From Octopus vulgaris (Eukaryota): a DNA stretch of 64,000 bases. Shown here piece after piece: positions 39,600 through 53,472 of the stretch. The notes below the pieces were generated by a model, which had not been told where the DNA came from, ran no database searches, and worked only from the letters and a program-made list of their open reading frames with translations. A program made the position numbers and the translations under genes. Every line of letters begins with the position of its first letter. Positions within the stretch are counted from its first letter, which is position 1. The DNA is taken from assembly GCA_951406725.2 (NCBI GenBank), contig OX597818.1, positions 41,106,001-41,170,000 of the forward strand, read 5' to 3'.

Positions 39600-40599
39600 A
39601 GTGGTGGCGGTGATTATAGAAAGAAAGAAACAAACAAAGAAACAAAGGAGGAAGGAAACAGTGGGTGTAGGTCAGAGGTGTTCACATATCTTCATCTGTT
39701 ACAAACATGGCCGTTCGCTTAATTTATTTATGATTCATAGCTGACCACATTTAACCTGCGTTGCGTTGCTGCGTTTAATAAACCCTTCTTTCGGAACGCT
39801 ATTGCCAAAGTCATCTATTTATGATACTCGTTCATTCTGTCTTTCAATTATTCTTTTGTTTATTTATTTATTCATTAACTTCTTCCTTTTCTTTTTATCA
39901 ATTTTTACGGTTCCGTTGCCTCAGTTGACGAATTTATTATCCGTTTTTCTGAACAACTGACTTCAGTGTCATTTGTCATATTCAGCATTAACATAGCTTG
40001 TGCTGATGTATTCCGTTGAATAGTAGAACTAAAGCATGCTCTCTCACTCTCACACTCTCTCTCTCTCTCTTTCTCTCCCTCTCTCCCTCTCTCTCTCTCT
40101 CACACGTACACACACTCACACACTGTTCCAGTGATAAGGATGCAACTCTCAGACATAACCATTTTATTTACTTAATACTGCTAAGTGTGTGGATGCCAGA
40201 ATCTGCAGTGCTTCATACAAAATACCTTCTTTTGTTTCGTAAACTTCCTTTTGGCTCAAAATCCAATTCATCTCCATGTTCTCGATCATCTTTTCATCCA
40301 TTTAGAGCAGTAAAAATATCGATTAAAAAGCAGAAGTGAGTCCTTGAACATTACCATCTCCAGTCCTGCGATCCAGTTTTCGCAATCGCCCGAAGATCAA
40401 CAACGAGAACTCTGTAGTAACGATTCGTGTAGCTTCAGCTTCAAATAAATTACATCGCTCTATATCTAGTATGGAGTGGCTGGGTATACCACGTTTCCCC
40501 GTCAGGAGCATAGAGCCGGATTCCTAGTTTCTCTGGCGTATATATTCCTCCCCAGACGGAACACAGCAGTCCATCTCAGAATTACTCGCGAGTGAACTA

Positions 40600-40967
40600 C
40601 AGAAATAAGGTAAAGGATGACTCGTCCGAGAAAAAGACATTTTCCCACTTTTCTAGGGGCCAATTCTGTAGGTTTTTACACTCTTAACGCTTTGCAACGT
40701 TTGTTTTTGAAAGTAGTTATTTTCTAATTGCAGCCCTCCCGTGAAATCCGGCTTTGTGCAGCTCCCGGCGAACAGTTTTTATGGAAATTGGGTTCTCGAG
40801 GTTGTCGTTAAGCCCTGCAGTAATTTTGGGAGTTGTACTTTTAAGATCTTTTCTAACAATTCGCGTAAGAGTCCGACGGTCCCTATCTGAAAGTTTTGGT
40901 TTTCTTCCAGAGTTTTGTTTCGACGAAGAGGTTTTTCCCTCTTTCTCAAAGGCTGTCATTATTTTCG
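40600..40967 (-). pseudogene. Tc1-family transposase fragment
   Basis: Translation gives SGRKPKLSDRDRRTLTRIVRK...ISIKTVRRELHKAGFHGRAAIRK, then, across stops and a frameshift, NWPLEKWENVFFSDESSF (first Asp of the DDE triad). It is truncated at a SINE. Confidence 0.88.
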
Positions 40968-41202
40968 AGACGGGACGCCAGTCCATGGCAGTGTTACTCA
41001 AGAAACAGGAAGGAAGAAAGAGTGAGAGAAAGTTGGGGCGAAAGAGTACAACAGGGGTCGCCACCCCACCCCTCTGCCGGAGCCTCGTGGAGCTTTAGGT
41101 ATTTTCACTCAATAAACACGCACAACGCCTGGTTTGGGAATCGAAACCGCGATCCTCCGACCGCGAGTCCTTTGCTCTAACCACTGGGCCATTGCGCTTC
41201 CA
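40968..41202 (-). mobile_element. SINE family C copy abutting the Tc1 fragment
   Basis: Matches 11155-11348, with a different 3' portion (gggacgccagtccat). Confidence 0.85.
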
Positions 41203-41264
41203 GTTTATGCACGCATGTTAATGTAACATGTAAATATTATACAGTTAACTGCCGATTATGCCGT

Positions 41265-41746
41265 ATAGTCGGGACCTAGAAAGGGCTGGATTAGTGATGT
41301 TTCCGGATTATCGATTATCGATTGCTTATTTGACTCACTATTAGCAAAGAGACGGAGTAACTGGTCTTTCTGTTTTCTTGTCGTAAACTGTCGAAGATCC
41401 AACGTTGTATGATTCACACAATCGTTTCAGAGACACACCCTTGTCAAGGTTTTTCAACAGTTCAACTTTTTCTTTTATGGGAAATATACGGTGTTTACGC
41501 TTTGTGCATTGGATTCATGGCGGGACCTAAAAAGGGAAAAAGGTACAATAATAAATGAGAAAGAAAACCTGTTAAGTTCTACATTTGTTTACGAACGACG
41601 CGAGTGCGTTTATGCAGCAAGTAGCGCCAGCAAATTGTAGCGGCCAGTTGGTGCGGTAACCCGGGAAATTTGAAATTATTTGAAATTTTTCTTGCCGAAA
41701 TTAGTGCCGGATTATTGATTTAGCCGGATTAGTGGCAGCCTACTAT
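41265..41746. mobile_element. Possible pogo/Tigger-like DNA transposon end remnants
   Basis: Repeated ccggatta motifs and gccggattagtggcagcctactata resemble pogo-type TIR sub-repeats. No matching opposite TIR was seen. Confidence 0.3.
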
Positions 41747-41960
41747 ATTTCTTTCTAATTACTTATTTAAACTGCGGCACTGATATTCGCTATAGTTTTG
41801 TTTAACTACATTCCTCAGTACAAAATATATTATTCAGTAACGCACAATACAAATATATTTTGTTTGAATTTTCTTCTTTTGTTACCTCCAGCGCGGTTAT
41901 TTTTCACTTTTTCCCAGTAGCTGGTTTCTTACACATACATGCTTAAATCTAAACACATAT

Positions 41961-42018
<58 letters not shown>

Positions 42019-42027
42019 AGATAGGGG

Positions 42028-42149
<122 letters not shown>

Positions 42150-42526
42150 CAAAACATGCATGAGTGTGCTTGTGTGTGTGTCTGTGTCTGTGTGTGTGTC
42201 TGTGTGTTGTGAACAGTGATCTATGCGTATGTGTATCTCTATGTCTGCCCGTGTGGATAGACAAAAACACAACAGTGTGTGGGATGGGAGAGATTTTTAA
42301 GCCTCTAATGATGCCTTCAATACAATATTTTCAAAAACGAATTTTTGTTAAAACAGCCGACAATTATGCAATATATTCATAAAGAAATTTTTTAAAAACT
42401 GATATGGTTGAAAATAAAGAGCAACATCATATTCATGGCTGCCGTAGTGAAGGCAGCTAACTAGGCCTATTGAAAATATCGGAAGCAGTGCAAAAAGGAA
42501 TGTGAATGAAAATAACATAAGCTTAC

Positions 42527-42774
42527 AAATGACACCGTGGTTATAGAATGAAGTAGTCAGCTTGCTATTATATTCCCAGGATGTTAGCTCAGGCAGTGGC
42601 GTGGTGGGTTGATTCACGTTGAACCGAATCATCGACCAGATTTTAATGCTCACGTTTGCTACTGTTTCATTGCCGTTGCTGGCCAAAGTATTTTCGGAAC
42701 GCTGAAAAGCTCGACTTCGCAACCATTTCACATTGCCTACGTGTTTCCGATTCACATGCATTATAATAGAACAC
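42527..42774 (-). CDS. Candidate internal exon (82 open codons), protein not recognised
   Basis: The minus-strand acceptor is cctcttttaacccgttatccag and the donor is TTT|GTAAGC. The open frame CSIIMHVNRKHVGNVKW...SFYNHGVI contains N-x-T/S sequons (NET, NVS), and the sequence is complex and non-repetitive. Confidence 0.35.
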
Positions 42775-43049
42775 CTGGATAACGGGTTAAAAGAGGTAAT
42801 AATAACGATAAAGCGCAGGGCTACATTTACAAATTAATTTATCTTCCATTTTATTTTTTAATTATTTTTTAATTATTTCAGTCATTGGACTTCGATCCCG
42901 TCGTACAAACTGATATTCATTATATCGTTCTTTTATGACGAACCCCTAGGTTGCGGATACTTAAATACACAAATACACAAACACCGCAAGTCAAACGATG
43001 AGGAGGGACAACCGCAGAGACACACAGAGATGTATACACACGTATATGG

Positions 43050-43210
43050 TATATACGGTTGGCTTCCACGCAGTTTCCACCTACCAAGTTCATTCGCACG
43101 GCATTGGCTGGCCCAAGACTGTTGTAGAAAACACTTGCCTAAGGTGCTGCGTAACGAGAATGAACCCGAAACCACGTTGTTGTAGTGAGCACTTGAACCA
43201 CAGACCCATG
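43050..43210 (-). mobile_element. SINE family A, degenerate
   Basis: cagtttccacctaccaagttcattcgcacggcattggctggccc...aacacttgcctaaggtgc is the reverse complement of family A. Confidence 0.7.
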
Positions 43211-43345
43211 TGTTCCGAGTCTAGTTACGGATTATTTCTGTGATTATCTTTATATACAAACATAAATATGCACATATGTATATAAACATATATATATATA
43301 CTATAATTATAGCAACGATACACACACCGAATAGAAATAGCTGTC

Positions 43346-43450
43346 AAAAGTTTGGCTATTCTTTCTACTTAAAGGAGATGTAAAACCAAAGCAAAAAGCA
43401 AACGACGCTTTTTGTGCTTTTTTGTCCTTTAAGTAGTAGCCAAAACTTTT
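43346..43450. repeat. ~105-bp imperfect hairpin
   Basis: Paired blocks are aaaagtttggcta/tagccaaaactttt, ctacttaaagga/tcctttaagtag and caaaaagc/gctttttg. Confidence 0.75.
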
Positions 43451-43620
43451 GTATTCTAAATTGTGTGTGTGACAAATGTGCTAAACCCTTAATTACTTAA
43501 TATTACTTAAACCTTCCTTGAATGGGGCTTTTACATGCCGTACTTGGTGAAATTAATGATTATTTCTAAATTAATTAATTTCACCTTTATTATTGATAAA
43601 TATATATATATATATATAAG

Positions 43621-43673
<53 letters not shown>

Positions 43674-43805
43674 CTGTATGTGTGTGTGCGTGTGTGCATG
43701 TAAACATACATACATATATATATATATATGTATATAAAGATATATATATACATATATATATAGGTATATATATATATATATATATATATTATAGGTATGT
43801 ATAGT

Positions 43806-43836
<31 letters not shown>

Positions 43837-43868
43837 ATGTGTATATATATATATATATATTTATATGC

Positions 43869-43902
<34 letters not shown>

Positions 43903-44545
43903 GTATGTACATATATATATATACATACATACATATATATCGGTATGTGTATATGTATATATATATATATATATGGGGATTGGCTTATGATATGTTAGGT
44001 TCCGATATGCCAGGTTCTGAGTGGCTTTCAAGAGTGTTTGATGACAATAAATGTGAGAGAAATATGAAAAAAACATAAATCTTGAATGCGGCGTGGAAGT
44101 GAAATATTCAAGTGAAGTATGCTGAAAAGATCTTAATTAGTCAAAGAAAAAGGCCGCTGACAAGAATGAAATTTCTATAGAAACCGTTGTGATTCTCGCG
44201 ACAATCACTGTTCCGTTAAAGAAATGTCATTTATTTTTCATTATCTTTGTTGACAATAACGTTTCATTTTGGGGGGTTTTTGTTGCTGTTGTTGTTATTG
44301 TTGTTGTCGCTGTTGTTGTTGTAGTTTTGATCTTGTTCAGATAGGACTACGACCGCTACAGCACATGCGCGCATATTTCTAGTAATAATACTACGCATGC
44401 ATTATGCGTATGCCTCGATATATGAGTATGTGTGAACATGTGCAAGTGTGTCTACGTGTGTGTACGTGTGTATGTGGGCATGCTTATATGTATGTATTTG
44501 TCTTCGTATATCTATGTATGTGGGTGTGTACATACATATACATAT

Positions 44546-44660
<115 letters not shown>

Positions 44661-44744
44661 TGTATGTATATAGTGACAATTATAGTTTTTCTCTTTGGTA
44701 AAACAATGAGCACTGCTACTGCTATCTATCTATCTATCTATCTA

Positions 44745-44790
<46 letters not shown>

Positions 44791-46174
44791 TATATACATA
44801 TATGTGTGTATGTGTTTTTATGTATATGTGTGCATACATACACACGCGCGCGTGCACTTACATACCAATGTACACACATTATTTATATATGTAGATACAG
44901 CGCACGTATTAATTAATAAAAGCACTTCTCAACGGCAGGATATACACAGAATGTAAGCTAAACATAAAAGTCTTTATTCTAAGTAAACATTCATTTTAGC
45001 TTCGTTGTGAAAAGAAATCACTAATATTAAACCGCAGATTCTTTTTCTCGAGCCAGAAGCAAAAGTCGACCTGGCTTGTTTTGATGTTTATTGAAGACTT
45101 ATCAGATATCAGTCGGTTATGACTGGGAACAACAGAGTAATTAGTCGCACTGAATTCAAGCTTAGTTGTTACTGTTATAGCTGTTTTTTAACTAGTCGCC
45201 GGCATTGTTCTATGACCAAAGGCATCGCAGCCTCAACCACATTATTTTATTTTTATACTTACCGTCCGGGTCGACATTAATCAGTATTCCCCAATGGTTG
45301 GGTGTGGTTTGAAGAAGATTTGACTTCTCGTAAATCTTAAAACCATGTAAAGAATCTTTCTTCAGCTCATGCCTTCCCTAAGTCACAGTTTCTCTACGGT
45401 CGTAGCATCTTTCCTCGTACTGCAACACTTTGAAATTCTCTTCCACCTCATTGTTTTCCTCCTTTCCTTCTTATAACCTGGACTCTTCTAAGTCTGAAAC
45501 AAATGAATTCCTTTCGTCTTAATTTCTCTTTCTTCATAGTTTCTAATCTAAATGGTTTCTAATCTGGTTTTGAGACTTTCTTATATAAAAATGTACTTTA
45601 GTCGTGCAAATATATAAAAAAGAAAAACAGCTTTAACCACACACTAAGGATGACTTCAGAAGTTATTCATTTGGAAAAATAGTACAGAACCTCAAACGGC
45701 GCGGTGCATGGGATATCTAAGGGCACCGCAGATTTTTTTATAATGAAATTTAAACGTTAAAAACATCTATGTTTGAGTGTCTTGAAAATTACATTATCAG
45801 TGATATGTTATACACATGAATAGTTAATGGCTTGGAATTTTGGCTCATGGCCAGCAATATTAGAGGAGGAGGAAAGACGATTACATCGACCACAGCACTT
45901 AACGAGTATTTATCGTATCGATTCCGAAAGGATGAAAGGCAAATTTGATATCGTTGGAATTTGAACGCACAACATAAAGAGCTGGAAGAGAAGCATCTAA
46001 GCATTTCTCCGATGCGCTACAATTCTTTTCTGAATTTTTAACACTGAAATTTTTTTTTTTGTTTTCGATTTTCCAAATGGACTGAACCAGCACTTTTTCT
46101 TTTATCTGTCATACAAAGCACACCAATAACTATATTCATCAACAGTGAATCATGAAGTCAGTACGATTGAGAAT

Positions 46175-46500
46175 CACTGATGAAAAGAAAACTTAGCCCC
46201 TAGTTGGCGGATATAGCGTTCCACCATCAGGGCCGGACATCTCAGCCAGAGATGTTCTGCAGATTCCACCTCCTCGTTACAGAGTCTGCATTGATCTGTG
46301 TCGCTCTGTCCTGCCATCTTTTGCCGACGCTTAAGTGCCGGATGATGACCACTACGGAAGCGTATCATGTTTGTGAAGTCTGCCTTCGAGAGGGCTGCTT
46401 CGGTTCTATCATCCGGCTTCTTCATGAAATTTAAACTTTGACGGAGGTGTTGCCTACCCAGTTCCCTTGACGTACTCCTTTACACTGGTGACTCGATTAG
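46175..46500 (-). mobile_element. I-group-like LINE ORF2 C-terminal zinc-knuckle fragment
   Basis: IRFRSGHHP...CRLCNEEVESAEHLWLRCPAL matches the R.GH + CCHC pattern typical of I/Ingi/Nimb-type ORF2 ends. Confidence 0.7.
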
Positions 46501-46879
46501 TGAAGGCACAACCAACGGTGGCGCCGGTGTGGTAGTGCTGATACACGATGTGGTGGTCCACGAGTGGCACGCCCTAACTGGTGCTCACAGCAGCTCATTC
46601 CACTCCACTGATGTTGGCTTTGCCATTCATCTTTTCGGGTTCGATAAAAAAAATACCATTTGGGCCCTGGAGTCGACGTAATCGACATAGCTACATCTCT
46701 CAAATTTCAGTCCCTGTGCCTAGATAAAACAGCTAAATGTGAAAGACAAATAGAATGGACGGATCGCACAGCAAGACAAGATAAGCACAAAATCCCGAGT
46801 TCTAGTACGCTGTCTGGTAATTTATCAAGTCGAACAACTGTGCTCTCGCATACTTAAATATACGCCATTAAATACACGT

Positions 46880-47115
46880 TCTTATTTCTTTACGGCCCAC
46901 AAGGGGCTAAACATAGAGGGGACAAACAAGGACAGACATAGGTATTAAGTCGATTACATTGACCCCAGTACGTAACTGGTACTTAATTTATCGACCCCGA
47001 AAGGATGAAAGGCAAAGTCGGCCACGGTGGAATTTGAACTCAGAACGTAGCGGCAAATGAAATACTGCTAAGCATTTCGCCCGGCGTGCTAACGTTTCTG
47101 CCATCTCGCCGCCTT
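46880..47115 (-). mobile_element. SINE family B full monomer
   Basis: It runs from the head ggcggcgagatggcagaaacg through B-box gagttcaaattcc to the tail ccccttgtgggccgtaaagaaataa. Confidence 0.9.
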
Positions 47116-47706
47116 CACGTTTTGTACGGTTGGATGCATCGGTAAGGTTTACGTTTTGCATGCATTTGTTTACACACGTGTTCGTTATGTGTATGCATAT
47201 GCAGACATGCGAGTCTGTTTGCGCGCCAGCGCGCATGTACGTGTGCGTACGCGTTTGTGTGCGTACGAGTTTGAATGCATACGCGTATGTAATTTGGTGC
47301 GTGCGCTTTATAAAATTAATTTTCTGTGTTTTCCTTCTAATTTATGATAAAAATTACTGTATATTTTTCCTATTAGTTTTTCTACGTTCTGGAAAGCAAA
47401 CAGTTTATATGCCTATGTACACATACACTTGCCATACACACATAGAAATATACATACATAAATATATGTGAATGCATGTAAGGTGCGTTTTACATATATA
47501 TTCACGTGTACATATTTACACAAAAACGCACACACACACACATATATATATATATACACACATATTTAAATGTTTGTATGTGTGTATAAACATGTGTGAG
47601 TGTGTATATAAATATATGTGGGTGTGTATATGTGTGTGTGTGCGTGTGTGTATATATGTGCGTGTGCGTGTATGTGCATACATACACACACACAGACACA
47701 CTCACT

Positions 47707-47773
<67 letters not shown>

Positions 47774-47853
47774 GTATGTTTCTATGTTTCAGAGAACCTT
47801 ATTTATTTTAGTATTGCTAACTCATTCATTAGCGAAAAGAAATTCGATATTGG

Positions 47854-47892
<39 letters not shown>

Positions 47893-48065
47893 CTCTTCCT
47901 CCCCTCCTCTCTCTCTGTTTCTCACCCTCCCTCTCTTTCTCCTTCTCTCTCTTTCTCACTCTCCCTCTCTTTCTCTTTCTCTTTCTCTCTCTCACTCCAG
48001 CTCCTTCCTCCACCAATGAACGTTGGAATTTAATTAAAAATCAGAGGCGAAAAGAAGTTAAAGGA

Positions 48066-48118
<53 letters not shown>

Positions 48119-48130
48119 ATAATGATGATG

Positions 48131-48182
<52 letters not shown>

Positions 48183-48446
48183 CAACAACAACAGCAACGG
48201 TAATAAACCTAAAATAGGAAAACTTTCTTTTTATGAAAAAGTAATAAAAGTGATTTCTTCGCAAACTGATTAAATACACACGCATACACACACACAGATA
48301 CACACACAAACGCACATAGAGATGGATTGGCCCACGTGGAAACACATGTACAAACACTGAAAGAACACAGAAATAATCATACAACACATGCATATATATG
48401 TGTGTGTGTGTGTGACTGTATGTATGTATATATATACACACACACG

Positions 48447-48541
<95 letters not shown>

Positions 48542-48817
48542 GTATAATAATAATTTGAGGGAATATTATTCCTAACATACAGGGAAAAATTAAATTTAGA
48601 AATACTAAATCAAATTTCACAAAATATAATATATATATATATAAATTAGAAAAAAAAACCCTTTTATCAATTCAAAATGAACAATTAAATTACACCATCT
48701 AGGAAATTACATATAATAGAAATATCAAAACTAAAATAACAATAATATACCATGATCAAATAAATTGCAAAATAATAATAAAAACGTATATATTTGGTAC
48801 GTTATATATATATATAT

Positions 48818-49105
48818 CATCATCATCATCATCATTTAGCGTCCGCTTTCCATGCTGGCATGGGTTGGACGGTTCAACTGGGGTCTGGGAAGCCAGAAGG
48901 CTGCACCAGGCCCAGTCTGATCTGGCAATGTTTCTACGGCTAGATGCCCTTCCTAACGCCAACCACTCCATGAGTGTAGTGAGTGCTTTTTGCGTGCCAT
49001 CGGCACAGACGAGGCTGGCAAACGGCCACGATTGGATGGTGCTTTTTACGTGCCACCGGCACGGAAGACAGTCGGCGCGGCGCTGGCAACGGCCCCACGG
49101 CGACA
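48818..49105 (-). mobile_element. SINE family E 3' part with (ATG)n tail and internal duplication
   Basis: The minus strand reads gttggcgttaggaagggcatc...gtccaacccatgccagcatggaaagcggacgctaaa(tga)n. The block gtgcttttt.cgtgcca.cggcac occurs twice. Confidence 0.7.
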
Positions 49106-49141
49106 TACATACATACATACATACATACATACATACATACA

Positions 49142-49175
<34 letters not shown>

Positions 49176-49807
49176 CATACATACATATATACACATATTT
49201 TCACACTCGCAAAAGCACACTATTTGAAACACACCTACAAACGCACGCTTACATGTAAATGCGCATACAGGAATATACACATACACACACATGCACACAA
49301 ACACACACAAACACACACAAATATATATATGCATGTATGTATGTATGTACGTACGTATGTATGTATGTATGTATGTATGTATGTATGTATGTATGTATGT
49401 ATGTATGATATTTATGCATATATGTATTTAGTATAATTCTGGTAATAACCTCGGAACTTAAATTTAAGATCTCCTATACCGTTATTGGATACAACTTGTC
49501 ATTCTACAGCAGGATATTTTCCAAGTCTGGATAAACATGTAGAACTCCGTTATAGTATATGATTAATATAACAATATTATAACACTAGGATGGAAAATAA
49601 AAGATTTTAATAGCACATCACAACATTTGTTTCTGCACTAAGTTGTTGAGTTTACATTTATTTATCATTATATAAGATTATTCTTTGGAATTACTATATA
49701 ATAATTAAATATTTTTCAGCAATAGCTGTGTGTAAGCACTTCGGATGAAATGCGACCAAGCAATCTTTATTAAAGGATGTTAATGCCTGAGATTTTCCAT
49801 CCTCCTA

Positions 49808-50397
49808 TTATTTTTATTTATTTTTATTTTATCTAGTTTCAGCCCACGAGCTGTGGCCATGCTGGGGCACCAACATTTGGTGTTGCTACATAATTTTACT
49901 TCACGAATGCTTTTTAGGAATTGACATTTGGTGTATGAGAGAGTTTGAAGCAGCTGCCCTCATCTGCACCTACTGCTGCGAAGTTGGCTCATCTGGGACA
50001 CTTGACTGGAAGAGGTCCAGCTTTATTTTGACGACACCTACATCCACCCCATGCAGGTTTCTCGGGTCCTTCGGGAGGATACTGAAGAGCTGTGGACCTC
50101 TGAAGCCCATGCTATTGCAGTATCTTGTCCTACATGTTGATGGCACATTTGTAGTCCTTGGCAATATGCAGTGGCGCCCAGTTCTAGTATTTGTGTAACT
50201 CTCGATGCCAAAGCTTGGGACAAGTCCTTCCAGGATCTTCCAGATGTATATTATGGCATATCTTTCTCGCCTACGCTCTAAGGAATAGAGTCTTAACCTC
50301 TTGAGTCTTTCTCAATAGCTTATATGCTGTATAGAGGCTATCTTCTTCGTGTAGCTTCGTTGGATTGCCTCAAGTTCTGAGATTAATTTAACACTGA
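49808..50397 (-). mobile_element. CR1-group LINE 3' end including 3'UTR and A-rich tail
   Basis: It is homologous to 4090-4390 and continues as GPQLFSILPKD.RN...KIKLDLF...VPDEP. The tail is ggtgccccagcatggccacagctcgtgggctgaaactagataaaataaaa. Confidence 0.88.
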
Positions 50398-50436
50398 TTA
50401 CATTTATAGATATAAATATATGAATGCACGTGTGTT

Positions 50437-50470
<34 letters not shown>

Positions 50471-50752
50471 CCTTTGTATTTATGCTTGTCCCCAGCACCG
50501 CTGGACAACCGCTGTTTTTTTGTTTACCTCCCCTGTAAATAAGCAATTCTGCTTTAGAGGGAGATAGAATAAGTACCTGAGTTTAAATAAATATTTGGAG
50601 TGATTTGTTCGAGTAAAGTCTTTGATGCAGTGCCCCAGCATGGCCGCAGTCCAATGACAGAAACAAATATATTACTATACCGGAGTTCCACACGTTTACC
50701 CAGTCTTGGAAAATATCCTTGCTGTAGTAAGACATGTGCGTGTGAGTTTGTA

Positions 50753-50804
<52 letters not shown>

Positions 50805-51118
50805 CTAATCCAGTACTGCCGACTCATTCTGTAGCAAATACTGCCTTAGAAACGTATCTGAGAAGCTTATCATGGATTCCTTTTGTGCGTGTACAAATTT
50901 ATCAAACATATCTGAGGGAATTTTACATACCGACATGAATTGTACTTACATGTACATGTGTGTTTCCACACACACACACACACGCGCGCACGCACACACA
51001 CACACACACACACATACACACTATGCACGCATACATGTCTTTTTATGTTCAGATATAGTAAAAACAATTCTGTACTAAGCTGATCAGTCACTCTATATTT
51101 TCTTGAAGGACAAATTCA

Positions 51119-51237
51119 TTCTTAAACAAGTATCTTGTTGACAGTGACTTAAAAGTTTTAGCCAGCTTGATCATTGTCCGACTATGGCTTAGCAGGGAAA
51201 TTTCCGTGTCACTGTCAACAACATTCTTTCATAAGAA
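51119..51237. mobile_element. Second copy of the palindromic double-hammerhead-like element
   Basis: ttcttaaacaagtat...gacagtgactt....gttt....aaa......gtcactgtcaacaa...taagaa. Confidence 0.6.
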
Positions 51238-51263
51238 TTATATATATATATATATATATATAT

Positions 51264-51440
51264 AGGCGTAGGAGTGGCTGTGTGGTAAGTAGCTTGCTTA
51301 CCAACTACATGGTTCCGAGTTCAGTTGCCACTGCGTGGCACCTTGGGCAAGTGTTTTCTACTATAGCCTCGGGCCGACCAAAGCCGTGTGAGTGGATTTG
51401 ATAGACGGAAACTGAAATAAGCCCGTCGTACACATACACA

Positions 51441-51512
<72 letters not shown>

Positions 51513-51743
51513 ATGTATGTGTGTGTATATGTTTGTACGTCTGTGTTTGTCCCCCCAACATCGCTTGACAACCGATTCTGGGGTGTTTGCGTCCCCGTAA
51601 CTTAGCGGTTCGGCAAAAGAGACCGATTGAATAAGTACTAGGCTTACAAAAAATACGTCCTGGGGTCGATTTGCTCGACTAAAGGCGGTGCTCCAGCATG
51701 GCCACAGTTAAATGACTGAAACAGAGCAAAAGAGTAAAAGAGT
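51264..51743 (+). mobile_element. Full-length SINE family A: tRNA-like head, internal (CA)n(TA)n, CR1-like tail
   Basis: The head spans 51264-51430, the microsatellite 51431-51530, and the 3' body ends ggtgctccagcatggccacagttaaatgactgaaac plus two degenerate agt/caaaag units. Confidence 0.88.
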
Positions 51744-52787
51744 ATATATATATATATATATATATATATGAACAGACACACACATCGATATACATACGTG
51801 TGTGTGTGCATTTATACAAGTATAAATTCAAACGTATGTACATATATACTTTCTCGGAAAGAAATTCGAATCAAAATTTGATATCATTCTTTCATGGAAC
51901 TTCTCACAAAATCTTGACATTGTAAGTAGTATCTTATCAAATGATGGCTGCTGTTTTATTGTACTTTGTATATGTGCTGCTGCTGCTTCTGCTGCTTCTG
52001 CTGCCGTTGCTGTTGTTGTTGTTGTTGGGAAGGACATTTTTATTTTTGTTCTTGTTCTTGTACTTCGTGCTGTTGCTGTTTATCAATTTGAAACATTGGC
52101 GCCACGAAGAATACTTAACAACCGTCATTATCTTTGAAAGCACCGAAGACAAAGTTTCACTGAGAGGCGTGCGTCGTGGATAGCACGAGAGTTTTTGGAA
52201 GATGTAATTGTATCTGGAAGAACAAAAAATAATAATAAAGGAAGAAAATGGTTAAAGAAAGAAAGGAAGAATGACTTAAAGAATGGGCGAATGAAGGAAC
52301 AAAAGCAAGGAAGAAATGTTAGAAGGTTGAGTTCGCTGTAACTACAAGAACAGCAACTAAGCAGAAGTGAGTGATGGGAAAGGTGATTCCAAATACGCAG
52401 GCAGAATGAAATGGCAGACAGCAACGAAGAGATTTCCAACGAAGAAAATGGTGGTACTGTCAGGAAGAGAAAAGAAGTAGCAAAGACTGCACAAAGTGAA
52501 AGTAGAAAGTACGGGGGTGGTTGGTCGAGGCTGTCGTGGAGAAATGGGATCTAGAAGATGTTGGAGGGGGGCGACTCGAAGATGGCATAAATATAGGGAC
52601 TGTGACAAGAAAATGATAGAAAATTAAAGCCAAGGCTTCGGGGAAGTGATGCAGTTGCCGCGCTTGTTAATCAATAACTCCATTGACGGTCTAATTATAG
52701 GTGGCGCTTACCTCGATTTTCATTTATTACATTTCACTACACATACAAATACGCATATGCATGCATAAATACATTCATGCATACAAT

Positions 52788-52845
<58 letters not shown>

Positions 52846-52931
52846 GTGTATATATATTCGTGTATATATATGTGTGTATTTATATACATATATATGTATA
52901 TATATGTGTGTATTTATATACATATATATAC

Positions 52932-52963
<32 letters not shown>

Positions 52964-53116
52964 GTATGTATGTATGTATTTATGTATGTGTATATATATA
53001 TATATTCGTGCATATATATATGTGTGTGTATTTATATACATATTTATATATATATGTATATATATGTGTGTATTTATATACATATATATATATATTTATA
53101 TATATATATGTATGTA

Positions 53117-53174
<58 letters not shown>

Positions 53175-53441
53175 TGTATGTATGTCTGTATTATATAATT
53201 ATTTCAAAAGTATTTTTACGTCTCATTTTAAAGGACGATTTCTTTGCATTTCTATGCATATTCCTTTCGCTATTCTTTTTGGTTGTTTTTTTGTTGAGGG
53301 GAGGGGACTCTATTTTTCATGTTACACTTTTTTATTTAACCTCAAACCATGCGTTTCTCCAACACGTTTCCTTTTACTTGCCTATGTAATTGGGACACAG
53401 TTGGGCTACACATTTGCAATAACTAATTCTCTCTCTCTCTG

Positions 53442-53472
<31 letters not shown>

